From Candidatus Colwellbacteria bacterium (lineage in GTDB: Bacteria; Patescibacteriota; Minisyncoccia; UBA6257; Colwellbacteraceae), in the NCBI GenBank assembly GCA_027448785.1, contig DAIDMW010000001.1:1668-65667 (forward strand): DNA of 64,000 bases, written 5' to 3'. Each line of letters starts with the position of its first letter. Position 1 is the stretch's first letter. The notes below the pieces were generated by a model, which had not been told where the DNA came from, ran no database searches, and saw only the letters and a program-made list of their open reading frames with translations. A program made the position numbers and the translations under genes. Positions 9,112 through 18,474 of the stretch are shown here, in pieces.

Positions 9112-10005
9112 ATGAAAACTCTGCTTGATTACTTAAAAGAAGCCGGAGAGAAGAAGGTGGCGGTCGGCCACTTCAACATCTCCGATCTGGTCGCGCTGAA
9201 AGCGATCTTCAGTGCCGCTAAGGAGCTAAACGTTCCCATAATGATCGGAACGTCCGAAGGCGAGCGCGATTTTATCGGCGAGCGCCAAGCGGCGGCGCTT
9301 GTTAAAAGCCTGCGCGAAGAGTTCGGTTATCCGATTTTTTTGAACGCCGATCACACCCATTCGCTGGAGAAGGTGAAAATCGCCGCTCAGGCTGGATACG
9401 ACGAGATTTTGTTCGACGGCGGCGCTCTTCCCTTCGAGGAGAACGTCAGACAGACCAGGCAGGCGATCGAGATCGCCAAGTCCATCAACCCCAACGTATA
9501 CATTGAGGGAGAGCTGGGGTACATCGGCTCCTCGTCGGAGATTATTTCCGAGATCCCGACCGGAGCCGCGGTGCAAACGCCGCAACTGACCACCAAAGAA
9601 GAAGCGGCGCAGTTCGTCAGCGAAACCAAGGTTGATTTTCTGGCTCCCGCGGTAGGAAATCTGCACGGTATGCTGAAAGACGCTCCCAATCCGCGACTGA
9701 ACATCGAGCGCATCAAAGAGATTAAAGAGGCGGTGGGAATCCCGCTGGTTTTGCACGGTGGGTCGGGAACGGCCGACGAGGATTTCTTGGCCGCGATCGA
9801 TGCCGGAGTGAATGTGATACACATCAACACCGAGATCCGGCTGGCCTGGCGGAAGGGCATTGAGGCTGGACTGAAAGCCAATCCGGATGAGATAGCTCCC
9901 TACAAGATTTTTCCGCCGGCTCTGGAGACGGTGCGGGCCGCCGTTTCCGCTCGGTTGAAATTGTTCAATAAACTTGTTACACTTCCCTCTGCTAATAATC
10001 AGTAA
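9112..10005 (+). CDS. fba: Class II fructose-bisphosphate aldolase
   Basis: LNADH, IEGELGYIG, AVGNLHG, PLVLHGGSG, INTE. Confidence 0.93.
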   Translation: MKTLLDYLKEAGEKKVAVGHFNISDLVALKAIFSAAKELNVPIMIGTSEGERDFIGERQAAALVKSLREEFGYPIFLNADHTHSLEKVKIAAQAGYDEILFDGGALPFEENVRQTRQAIEIAKSINPNVYIEGELGYIGSSSEIISEIPTGAAVQTPQLTTKEEAAQFVSETKVDFLAPAVGNLHGMLKDAPNPRLNIERIKEIKEAVGIPLVLHGGSGTADEDFLAAIDAGVNVIHINTEIRLAWRKGIEAGLKANPDEIAPYKIFPPALETVRAAVSARLKLFNKLVTLPSANNQ

Positions 10006-10041
10006 TAAAAAGCCGCCGCGGCGGCATAAATTCTAATTACC

Positions 10042-10695
10042 ATGGAACTGAAAGCCCAAAAAAGAGAAGTGTTAGGAAAGAAGGTCGGCGCCCTGCGCCG
10101 CGAAGGATTGATTCCGGCCGAGCTTTACGGCCACGGAGTCGAGAATGTTCACCTGGCGGTGGCTGCCAAGGATTTTGGCAAAGTTTACGCTGAAGCCGGA
10201 GAAAACACGGTGGTCAATTTAAGCTTCAACGGCGCTCCTCGCATGGTTATGATCCACGGGGTGCAGACCGATCCGGTAAAATCCCAGGTCATCTCGGTGG
10301 ATTTTCACGAGGTTAAAATGGACGAGGCGATAACCGCCGCTGTTCCTTTGGAATTCGTGGGAGAATCGCCGGCTGTCAAAGACCTCGGAGGCGTCCTGGT
10401 TAAGGCTATGGACGAAATAGAGGTCGAGGCTTTCCCGCAGGATATCCCTTCGGAAATAATCATCGATCTTTCCAAGCTGACCAACCTCGGCGACAGCGTC
10501 TACGTGAAGGATTTGCCGACCGGCGCCAAGTACGAGTACAAAGTCGATCCTACCACCGTGGTTGTAACCGTTTCCGAGCCGGCCGAGGAAGAAGTTTCGG
10601 CCGCGGAGATCACTCCGGAATCGGTAATCGTGGAGGGAGAGGAGAAGAGGGCTCAGCGTGAGGCTAACGCGCAAAACGAGGGTAATGAGGCCTAA
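10042..10695 (+). CDS. rplY: 50S ribosomal protein bL25 (Ctc form)
   Basis: LRREGLIPAELYGHG, VDFHEV, VPLEFVGESPAVKDLGG. Confidence 0.95.
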   Translation: MELKAQKREVLGKKVGALRREGLIPAELYGHGVENVHLAVAAKDFGKVYAEAGENTVVNLSFNGAPRMVMIHGVQTDPVKSQVISVDFHEVKMDEAITAAVPLEFVGESPAVKDLGGVLVKAMDEIEVEAFPQDIPSEIIIDLSKLTNLGDSVYVKDLPTGAKYEYKVDPTTVVVTVSEPAEEEVSAAEITPESVIVEGEEKRAQREANAQNEGNEA

Positions 10696-12121
10696 GCCGA
10701 AAATACTTTTAGACATCAAAAAGAGCGTTCAGGACGATGTCTTCGCTTCCAGAACCAAAAGAATAAATCTTAGTTTCGCGGAGAAGCGAGGGCGCGCCGT
10801 TTTCCGCTATGTATCCATACCGGCGATATTTTTTATCGCCGTTTTCCTTTTGGGCTCGGTCCTCGCCCCGATCAACGAAGGCTCCCACGCCCAGACTTTG
10901 AGCTCAACGGCACAGCAGCAGCAGGATTTGGAAAACCAGCTTCAAGCTCTAGAAAACCAAATTACCCAGTACCAAAACCAGATCGCCGTTTACCAGAAGC
11001 AGGGTAGTACTTTGCAGGGGGCGATCAACGAGCTGAATGCTAAGATCGCGAAAATAAACCTGCAGATCCGGGCGGTCAACCTTTCGATCCAGCAGTTGGA
11101 CGGGCAGATCGTTGTCACCAATTCCAAGATCGGCACGCTGCAGCAGAACGTCAGCACGACCCAGGATTTCCTGAGCGCCACCTTGGAAAAGATCTATGAA
11201 ACCGACAGCCAGGGATTTTTAGTTGTTTTATTGCAAAACCCGCGCCTCTCCGATTTTTTCAACAACGTTAACAACCTGATGGCTCTGCAAGGCGGATTGA
11301 AGACCTCGGTCGATACGCTCACAGGCCTGATTACCGAGTTGGTCGGGCAAAAAAACCAGCTGGCGATCGAGCGTTCAGACGCGGTCACCTTGCGCGACTA
11401 CCAGAACTCGCAGAAGCAGAGCGTCCTGGCGACCAAGCAACAGAAGGCCACGCTTTTAGCCGACACCAAGGGCCAGGAGTCGGCCTATCAGTCCCTGCTA
11501 ACTAAGACGCAAAAGACAGCCGCGCAGATCCGCGCCCAGATCTTCCAGCTCTTGGGCGGCGGCCAGCTAACCTTCGGCACCGCCTACCAATACGCGAAGT
11601 TTGCGGGCCAAGCTACCGGCGTCGATCCAGCTTTGATCTTGGCCATCCTGGACCGCGAATCGGCTCTGGGCCAGAATGTAGGACAGTGCAGCTACCAATC
11701 AGCAATGTCGCCGAAGCAGGCTCCGGTCTTTCTGCAGATCGTGCAGAGTTTGAATTTAGGGAACGAGCTGCAGAACGGGATCCTCAAAGTTTCGTGCCCG
11801 AACAGCGACGGAATATACGGAGGCGCGATGGGGCCGGCGCAGTTCCTGCCTATCACTTGGGAGGATTACGCGAGAGAGATAACCCAGATAACCGGCGACA
11901 ATCCGCCTAACCCGTGGAGCAACTCTGACGCGTTCGTCGCTACCGCCCTTTACCTGCGCGACGCAGGCGCAACGACCAATCCGCGCGAAGCGGCTGCCAG
12001 ATATTACTGCGGATCGAACTGGAACCGGTTTGTCTGCTTGGACGTTTACGGCGCCAACGTCATCGACCAGGCGCAGCAGTTCACGCAGGATATCGCGATA
12101 CTTAACGGGAACGGAAGCTAG
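10685..12121 (+). CDS. Membrane-anchored coiled-coil protein with C-terminal lytic transglycosylase domain
   Basis: TM helix, long Gln-rich coiled coil, ILDRES and GAMGPAQFLP motifs, ATALYL. Confidence 0.8.
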   Translation: MRPKPKILLDIKKSVQDDVFASRTKRINLSFAEKRGRAVFRYVSIPAIFFIAVFLLGSVLAPINEGSHAQTLSSTAQQQQDLENQLQALENQITQYQNQIAVYQKQGSTLQGAINELNAKIAKINLQIRAVNLSIQQLDGQIVVTNSKIGTLQQNVSTTQDFLSATLEKIYETDSQGFLVVLLQNPRLSDFFNNVNNLMALQGGLKTSVDTLTGLITELVGQKNQLAIERSDAVTLRDYQNSQKQSVLATKQQKATLLADTKGQESAYQSLLTKTQKTAAQIRAQIFQLLGGGQLTFGTAYQYAKFAGQATGVDPALILAILDRESALGQNVGQCSYQSAMSPKQAPVFLQIVQSLNLGNELQNGILKVSCPNSDGIYGGAMGPAQFLPITWEDYAREITQITGDNPPNPWSNSDAFVATALYLRDAGATTNPREAAARYYCGSNWNRFVCLDVYGANVIDQAQQFTQDIAILNGNGS

Positions 12122-12340
12122 AAGCGCAAAAGGCAAAGCGCAAAAGAACGAAAATCCGAAATCCGAAATACTAAATCCGAAACAAATTCGAAATTACAAA
12201 CTTCAAATTACAAACCTGCTTGTGTTTATGATTTCGGATTTGTTATTTGTGATTTGTTTAGTATTTCGATATTAGGATTTTGAGCTTTCGTTATTTTGCA
12301 TTTTGCGCTTTTCGCTTCGCGTTTCTTTGTTTTGCGCTTT
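12122..12340. repeat. Type A element nested in type B element
   Basis: AAGCGCAAAAGGCAAAGCGC.., AAATCCG units, core CAAACCTGCTTGTGTTT, mirrored arm, ..TTTTGCGCTTTT. Confidence 0.85.
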
Positions 12341-12372
12341 TCTTTTTGAGCCATATATAATGAAGCCAAGCT

Positions 12373-13629
12373 ATGCCTGGATTATTTGGTGACGCAGAAA
12401 GCGGCGAAGTAAAAAAATCCTCTCCTTTAGCTGACCGCATTCGGCCAGAGACGCTGGATGAGTTTCTGGGTCAGGACGAGATTATCGGCCCGGGGACGGT
12501 TTTACGGGGTGCAATCGAGCGCGACGAGATCCCGTCAATGATCCTCTGGGGACCTCCGGGCAGCGGAAAAACCACTTTGGCCAGAATTATCGCCAAGATG
12601 ACCAAGGCTCACTTCGTGCAATTCAGCGCGGTTACCGGAAGCGTAGGCGAGGTGCGCGAGATTATTAAGGTTGCGCGGGAAAGGAAGAAGGTCTACGGGC
12701 AGAAGACGATCCTTTTCGTGGACGAGATACACCGCTTCAACAAAGCGCAGCAGGACGCGTTTTTGCCGCATGTCGAGGACGGCACGATAGTGCTTATCGG
12801 CGCGACGACCGAGAATCCGTCCTTCGAGGTGATTTCCGCGCTCCTCTCGCGCGCCCGCGTTTTCGTGTTGAAGTCTCTCTCCGCATCCGACATCACTAGG
12901 ATAATCAGGCGGGCGCTGGCCGATAAGGAGCGGGGACTGGGAAACGAACCGATAGAGATCGGCGAGGAGACGGTAGATTTTTTGGCGAAGATGGCGGACG
13001 GCGACGCACGCGCCGCCTTAAACGCTCTGGAGCTGGCGGTGCACTCAGCCGGAAAGGAGGGAGAGACGATAGCGATCGACCGCGATCTCATTAAGCAGTC
13101 GTTGCAGAAGACGCATCTTATGTACGACAAGGGCGGGGAGGAACATTACAACATCATCTCGGCGTTGCATAAGTCGATGCGCGGCAGCGACGCTAACGCC
13201 GCTTTGTATTGGCTGGGCCGGATGCTCGAGGCCGGCGAGGATCCGCTCTATGTGGCGAGAAGACTGATTCGCTTCGCTTCGGAAGACGTTGGCCTGGCTG
13301 ATCCGCAAGCGCTGGTGCAGGCTGTCGCCGCCTACCAGGCGTGCCACTTTAACGGGATGCCGGAGTGCAATGTCAACCTAGCTCAAGCGGTGGCGTATCT
13401 CGCCAAAGCCCCGAAGAGCACCAAGCTAATGTGGGCCTACGAGAAGGTGAAGAAGGATATCGAAGAGCTTCCCAATGAAGGTGTGCCGCTGCATCTGCGA
13501 AACGCGCCGACGCGTCTGATGAAAGAGCTGGGATACGGCAAAGGATATAAATACAACAAAGAGGAGGCGCAGGAATCCGGACAGACTTATCTTCCGGAGA
13601 AGTTGAAGGACAGAAAATACTGGGACTGA
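12373..13629 (+). CDS. rarA: Replication-associated recombination protein A (MgsA/RarA AAA+ ATPase)
   Basis: PLADRIRP, GPPGSGKTT, VDEIHRFNKAQQD, SALHKSMRGSD, ASEDVGLADP. Confidence 0.96.
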   Translation: MPGLFGDAESGEVKKSSPLADRIRPETLDEFLGQDEIIGPGTVLRGAIERDEIPSMILWGPPGSGKTTLARIIAKMTKAHFVQFSAVTGSVGEVREIIKVARERKKVYGQKTILFVDEIHRFNKAQQDAFLPHVEDGTIVLIGATTENPSFEVISALLSRARVFVLKSLSASDITRIIRRALADKERGLGNEPIEIGEETVDFLAKMADGDARAALNALELAVHSAGKEGETIAIDRDLIKQSLQKTHLMYDKGGEEHYNIISALHKSMRGSDANAALYWLGRMLEAGEDPLYVARRLIRFASEDVGLADPQALVQAVAAYQACHFNGMPECNVNLAQAVAYLAKAPKSTKLMWAYEKVKKDIEELPNEGVPLHLRNAPTRLMKELGYGKGYKYNKEEAQESGQTYLPEKLKDRKYWD

Positions 13630-13631
13630 AT

Positions 13632-13795
13632 AGCGCAAAACCAAAAGCTAAAAGCTAAAAACAGCGGCCACTAAAAAAGCGCAAAACTAAAAGCGCAAAG
13701 CTTAAAAGATCCGACGACTAACGACCTGCTGTTATTTTACGCTTTTCTCTTTACACTCGCCTTGTAGTTGTTTTTCGCTTTGCGCTTCTTTTTGC
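13632..13795. repeat. Type B element; 13676-13752 is the left arm of a 77-bp inverted repeat
   Basis: AAAAGCT units plus core GATCCGACGACTAACGACC; reverse complement of 14611-14687. Confidence 0.9.
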
Positions 13796-13821
13796 TCTCT
13801 TGTATATTGGAATTGTAAATT

Positions 13822-14562
13822 ATGGAGGATCGGAAAGACATAACACAGATAAAGCCTAATAAAGGGAAGGAGATTAACATCGACGTTAGCGGAGCGACTT
13901 ATGCCCGCTACCCCATTAAAACGCCGCTAATTAACCCGGGGGACAGCTTGGAAAAACTGATCGACGAATTACTCAGACCCTATCTCGAGCCTGGGGACGT
14001 GATCTTCATCAGCGAGAAGGTCGTAGCCGTCACGCAGAACAGGATTATTCCGATAAAGGAGGTAAAGCCGTCGTGGCTAGCCAGAATTCTGGCGCGCAAC
14101 GTGAAGAATAATTGGGGCACCAAAGACTTCCGCGGATTCGGGCACGGGACGCCGATGGCGATGGAGCTCTTTATCCGCGAGGCCGGCGTGCCGCGGGTGA
14201 TATTTGCGGCCGGCATCTCGGCTGTTACCAGGCCTTTTGGCATCAAGGGCGCTTTCTACGCTCTCAGCGGCAAAAACGCCAAATCGGTCGACTGTCCGAT
14301 GTCCTTCATCCTTTACCCCTATACTCAATACGCCAAACTAGCGCCTTTGAACCCGAACCGGGTGGCGGAAGAGCTGAAGAAGAAGTTCGGACACGAGGTG
14401 GTGGTGGTGGATGCCAACTACCGCGGGGTTTATTCCTTGGGGAAATCGACAAAGAAATTGACGGAGAGGTTCATTCACGACGTCTTCCGCGACAATCCGC
14501 TTGGGCAATCGGACGAGCAGACGCCACTTTGCATAGTTAGAAAAGCGCAAAATTCAAAGTAA
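13822..14562 (+). CDS. CofE-like (F420-0:gamma-glutamyl ligase family) protein
   Basis: PIKTPLINPGD, GDVIFISEKVVA, VVVVDAN, GQSDEQTPLCIVR resemble the F420_ligase family. Confidence 0.7.
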   Translation: MEDRKDITQIKPNKGKEINIDVSGATYARYPIKTPLINPGDSLEKLIDELLRPYLEPGDVIFISEKVVAVTQNRIIPIKEVKPSWLARILARNVKNNWGTKDFRGFGHGTPMAMELFIREAGVPRVIFAAGISAVTRPFGIKGAFYALSGKNAKSVDCPMSFILYPYTQYAKLAPLNPNRVAEELKKKFGHEVVVVDANYRGVYSLGKSTKKLTERFIHDVFRDNPLGQSDEQTPLCIVRKAQNSK

Positions 14563-14687
14563 CGAAATTCCAAATCCTAAATCAGAAATTCGAAACAAAT
14601 TTAAAAGCGCAAAGAGAAAAGCGTAAAATAACGGTAGGTCGTTAGTCGTCGGATCTTTTAAGCTTTGCGCTTTTAGTTTTGCGCTTT
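14541..14687. repeat. Partial type A plus type B element; 14611-14687 is the right arm of the 77-bp inverted repeat
   Basis: AAATTCC AAATCCT AAA.. then GGTCGTTAGTCGTCGGATC core and GCGCTTT arm. Confidence 0.9.
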
Positions 14688-15395
14688 AAACTCCTTAACT
14701 ATCGGATCCATGTCCCCGCCCATAATTTTTTCGATATGGTGCCACTTCTTGTTGATGCGATGATCGGTGATCCGGTCTTGGGGGAAGTTGTAAGTGCGGA
14801 TTTTCTCCGACCTCTCGGCTGAGCCGATCTGCTCACGGCGCAAGCCGGTCATCTTACTCTCCTCCATCTCTTTTTGCGCCTCGTATAGTTTGGAGCGCAG
14901 GATGGATAGTGCCTGCTCTTTGTTGGCGGACTGGGAGCGCTCGGTTTGGGAGGAGACGACCACGCCGGTCGGCTTATGGATGATTCTGACCGCGGTTTCA
15001 ACCTTGTTGACGTTCTGTCCGCCGGGGCCAGAGGAGCGGAAGAATTCGATCTGCAGGTCGTTGGGGTTAACGTCGAACTCTCGCGGCTCGACGACCGGCA
15101 TTACCGCGACCGACGCAGTCGAGGTGTGCACTCGGCCGGCCTTTTCGGTTTCGGGTATGCGCTGGACGCGATGAACTCCGGCTTCTTGTTTCAAGTCGGA
15201 ATAGGCGCCATCGCCTTCGATTCTCCCGACGAGGGTCTTATAGCCGTTGAGACTAGTCTGGTTCATATCTAAAACCACAAACTTCCAACCGCGCCGCGCC
15301 GCGTACCTTTCATACATCCTGGCCAGGTCGCCGGCAAAAATAGCAGCCTCGTCTCCGCCGGCTCCGGCTCTTATTTCTAATATGGCTTTCTCCAT
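14673..15395 (-). CDS. prfA: Peptide chain release factor 1, N-terminally truncated (240 aa)
   Basis: ILEIRAGAGGDEA, HRVQRIPETE (PxT), GPGGQNVNK, RSEKIRTYNFPQDRITDHR; downstream of rpmE. Confidence 0.88.
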   Translation of the reverse strand: MEKAILEIRAGAGGDEAAIFAGDLARMYERYAARRGWKFVVLDMNQTSLNGYKTLVGRIEGDGAYSDLKQEAGVHRVQRIPETEKAGRVHTSTASVAVMPVVEPREFDVNPNDLQIEFFRSSGPGGQNVNKVETAVRIIHKPTGVVVSSQTERSQSANKEQALSILRSKLYEAQKEMEESKMTGLRREQIGSAERSEKIRTYNFPQDRITDHRINKKWHHIEKIMGGDMDPIVKEFKAQN

Positions 15396-15409
15396 TGTCT
15401 AAATAAATT

Positions 15410-15507
15410 AAAGCGCAAAGCTAAAAGCGCAAAACTTACGACATTGACCAACTATAGAGGTTGAGTCAACATTGTGTGTTTTAAGTTTTTAGCTTTTACT
15501 TTTGCGC
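15410..15507. repeat. Type B element between rpmE and prfA
   Basis: AAAGCGC AAAGCT AAAAGCGC ... TTTTAGC TTTTAC TTTTGCGC. Confidence 0.8.
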
Positions 15508-15822
15508 TTACTTTTTGTTTGCTCCTTTTTGGGGCTCGTGCAAGCTGCCGCGCATCTTTTTATCCATGCGGTTTGCTTCCACCTTGGTGCGGCGGGCCTT
15601 CGCCTGCTCCGAGCGGGCCTCAGCCTCGCGGACGCGCGACTTAAACTTCTCGATCCGTCCGGCGGTGTCCATCAAGCGTTCCTTTCCGGTGTAGAAGGGG
15701 TGGCAGTGGTCGCAAATTTCGACCGTCATCCTTTCCTGGGTGGAGCCGGCCTTGAAGGTGTGACCGCAGGCGCAACTGACCGTCGCCTCCGGGTAGTATT
15801 TGGGGTGGATATCCTTTTTCAT
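15508..15822 (-). CDS. rpmE: 50S ribosomal protein bL31 (Zn type, basic C-terminal extension)
   Basis: [34 protein letters not shown]. Confidence 0.97.
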   Translation of the reverse strand: MKKDIHPKYYPEATVSCACGHTFKAGSTQERMTVEICDHCHPFYTGKERLMDTAGRIEKFKSRVREAEARSEQAKARRTKVEANRMDKKMRGSLHEPQKGANKK

Positions 15823-15854
15823 AACGGCCTAAGAATAGCATGCAAACTAAGGGA

Positions 15855-15914
15855 TTGACAAGTACGCCGCTTATCCTTACTATATTTTAGGTCATAAGAC
15901 ATGACTGCTCTTTT
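15855..15914 (+). promoter_or_regulatory. rRNA promoter and boxA-like antitermination site
   Basis: TTGACA(15855)-17 bp-TACTAT(15878); TGCTCTTT at 15906. Confidence 0.75.
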
Positions 15915-15959
15915 GTAAGTTAATAGTAAATGTAGAAACTTTTTAGTTGTTCCAGTCTA

Positions 15960-17536
15960 TTTTTGAGGATTTGATCCTGGTCCAGGATGAACGCTGGCGG
16001 CGTGGATAAGGCATGCAAGTCGAGCGAACCAAATCTTGATGAGATTCGCGGAGTAGCAATACGAAGCGGAAGGAATCTTGGCGAGGTTAGCGGCGAACGA
16101 GTTAGTAATACCTTGGTACGTACCCCGAAGACGGGCATAGTTCGCCGAAAGGCGAAGTAATTCCCGATAGTCCCCGAGAGCAATCAACGGGTAAAGGCGC
16201 AAGCCGCTTTGGGATCGGCCTAGGTCCGATCAGCTAGTTGGTGAGGTAACGGCCCACCAAGGCTATGACCGGTAGGGAGGGTGAGAGCCTGATTCCCAAC
16301 GAGGGCACTGAGACACGGGCCCTACTCCTACGGGAGGCAGCAGTCGAGAATATTCGACAATGGGCGAAAGCCTGATCGAGCGACGCCGCGTGCAGGAAGA
16401 AGTCCTTCGGGATGTAAACTGCTTTTCTACGGGAGAAAGTTCCGGCGCAAGTCGGAATTGATAGTACCGTAGGAATAAGAGGTGGCTAACTTCGTGCCAG
16501 CAGCAGCGGTAATACGAAGGCCTCGAGCGTTATCCGGATTTACTGGGCGTAAAGGGTGCGTAGGGGGCTGGATGCGTCTCTCGTAAAATCTCACCGCTTA
16601 ACGGTGATATCGCGAGGGATACGATCCGGCTAGAAGGTGCGAGAGGTTTGCGGAACGCATGGTGTAGGGGTAATATCCGTTGATATCATGCGGAACACCG
16701 AAGGCGAAGGCAGCAAACTGGCGCATTCTTGACCCTGAGGCACGAAAGCGTGGGGAGCAAAAAGGATTAGATACCCTTGTAGTCCACGCCCTAAACGATG
16801 TTGATTAGCCGTTTTGAGTATCGACCCTCGGAGCGGCGTAGCTAACGCGTTAAATCAACCGCCTGGGAAGTACGAGCGCAAGCTTAAAACTCAAAGGAAT
16901 AGACGGGGACTCGCACAAGCGGAGGAGCATGAGGTTTAATTCGATGGTAAACGAGAAACCTTACCAGGGCTTGAAATGCTAGCGGAAATCCACCAGAAAT
17001 GGAGGATGTCTCTCAAGGACCGCTAGTCCAGGTGCTGCACGGTTGTCGTCAGCTCGTGTCATGAGATGTTCCCTTAAGTGGGGTAACGAGCGCAACCCTT
17101 GTCCCGTGTTACAAGTGTCACGGGAGACCGCCCCCACATTTGTTTTGGAGCCGAGTAATCGGTTCGAAGATAAATGTGGGGGAGGAAGGAGAGGATGACG
17201 TCAAATCAGCGTGGCCTTCTGATGCCCTGGGCGACACTCATGCTGCAATGGCCGGTACAAAGGGTTGCCAAGCCGCAAGGTGGAGCTAATCCCAAAAAGC
17301 CGGCCCCAGTTCGGATTGTGGGCTGCAACCCGCCCGCATGAAGTTGGATTCGCTAGTAATCGTGGATCAGCAGGCCACGGTGAATACGTTCTCGAGTCTT
17401 GTACTCACCGCCCGTCAAGTCAAGGGAGCCGGGAAAGCCTGAAGTGCGCTTCGCGCGTATCAGGGCTGGCTCGGTGACATGGGCTAAGTCGTAACAAGGC
17501 ACGTGTAGCGGAAGCTGTGCGTGGAACAATTAAACT
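15960..17536 (+). rRNA. rrs: 16S rRNA, unlinked, CPR-like; ends approximate
   Basis: TTTGATCCTGG, ACTCCTACGGGAGGCAGCAG, ATTAGATACCC, AAACTCAAAGGAAT, CAACGAGCGCAACCC-like site, AAGTCGTAACAAGG and helix 45. Confidence 0.98.
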
Positions 17537-17679
17537 TTTAAGAATCGACCATTCCGTAGTTCGCCTTAGGCGAGCGAAGGATGGAAATGGTGTTGATCGA
17601 GGAGCCAATTGTCTCGATCGCCCAATCGTGCTTCGGCACGGTCGGGCTCTAGACTGGGACAACTAAAAGGCCTCTACAG

Positions 17680-17929
17680 AAGCGCAAAGCGAAAAACGCA
17701 AAACTCAAAATAATTGACGGTTAACAGACTGCCGTTGTTTTTCGCTTTTAGCTTTTAGTTTTGCGCTAAATTCGAAGCTCTAAATCCTAAATTCTAAATA
17801 AATCACAAATCCTAAATTCCAAACACAAACGGGTTTGTGATTTGATGTTTGGTATTTCGAATTTGTTTCAGATTTAGTATTTCAGATTTAGAATTTTCGT
17901 TATTTTTCGCTTTTAGCTTTTAGTTTTTA
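17680..17929. repeat. Type B element followed by a reverse-oriented type A element and a B half-arm
   Basis: Core AAACACAAACGGGTTTG at 17821 is the reverse complement of the core at 6598 and 24216. Confidence 0.85.
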
Positions 17930-18007
17930 ATTTTATTGACCGTCCTGCATGTTGGGTATATTCTTTAGACATACCCGCAAGGGAGCGAATATCCATATTT
18001 ATAGAAA

Positions 18008-18403
18008 ATGCCCATTAAGAAGGTTTTGCTTGTGGAAGATGATCCATTCCTGTCTCAGCTCCTGGGAACTCGTTTGCAGCGAGCCGGTTTGGAGGTGGAT
18101 AAGGCTATGGACGGGGAGGAGGCGATGAACTACCTCAAGAACAACAAGCCCGACCTAGTTCTTTTGGACCTCATTCTTCCGAAGAAATCCGGCTTCCAGG
18201 TATTGGAAGAAATGCGCGCTGACCCCCTGGTGAAGGATGCGCCGGTGATCATTATTTCCAATCTTTCGCAGGATTCGGATGTCGCCAAAGGTAAGGAGCT
18301 GGGCGCCGTCGAGTATTACGTTAAAGCTCGAACCTCGATCGACGACTTGGTTTCGCGCATTGTTTCCCTGCTTTTGGACGGATTGAATAAAAGAGCCGTC
18401 TGA
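18008..18403 (+). CDS. Single-domain response regulator (CheY-like receiver)
   Basis: VLLVEDD, PDLVLLDLILP, IIISN, YYVK. Confidence 0.92.
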   Translation: MPIKKVLLVEDDPFLSQLLGTRLQRAGLEVDKAMDGEEAMNYLKNNKPDLVLLDLILPKKSGFQVLEEMRADPLVKDAPVIIISNLSQDSDVAKGKELGAVEYYVKARTSIDDLVSRIVSLLLDGLNKRAV

Positions 18404-18474
18404 TTTACGATTAAAGCGTAAAAGGATCCGCCGGATCCGCAGTGTCGCTTACTTTAAAAAAAGAATAAAAAGAC

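Noticed and set aside
12030-12275. 81-aa ORF with NPKSEILNPKQI-type sequence
   Set aside because: Translation of the type A repeat overlapping the transglycosylase end; no independent support.
15396-15507. Frameshifted 5' half of prfA
   Set aside because: Only 112 bp, occupied by a type B repeat; cannot encode the missing domain.
17537-17650. tRNA, 5S or other ncRNA after the 16S
   Set aside because: Hairpins only, with no cloverleaf or 5S motifs; lies inside the precursor processing stem.
15920-17662. ORFs overlapping the 16S gene; possible intron or homing endonuclease
   Set aside because: Spurious frames of rRNA; the gene is only about 1.58 kb with short hairpin expansions, leaving no room for an intron ORF.
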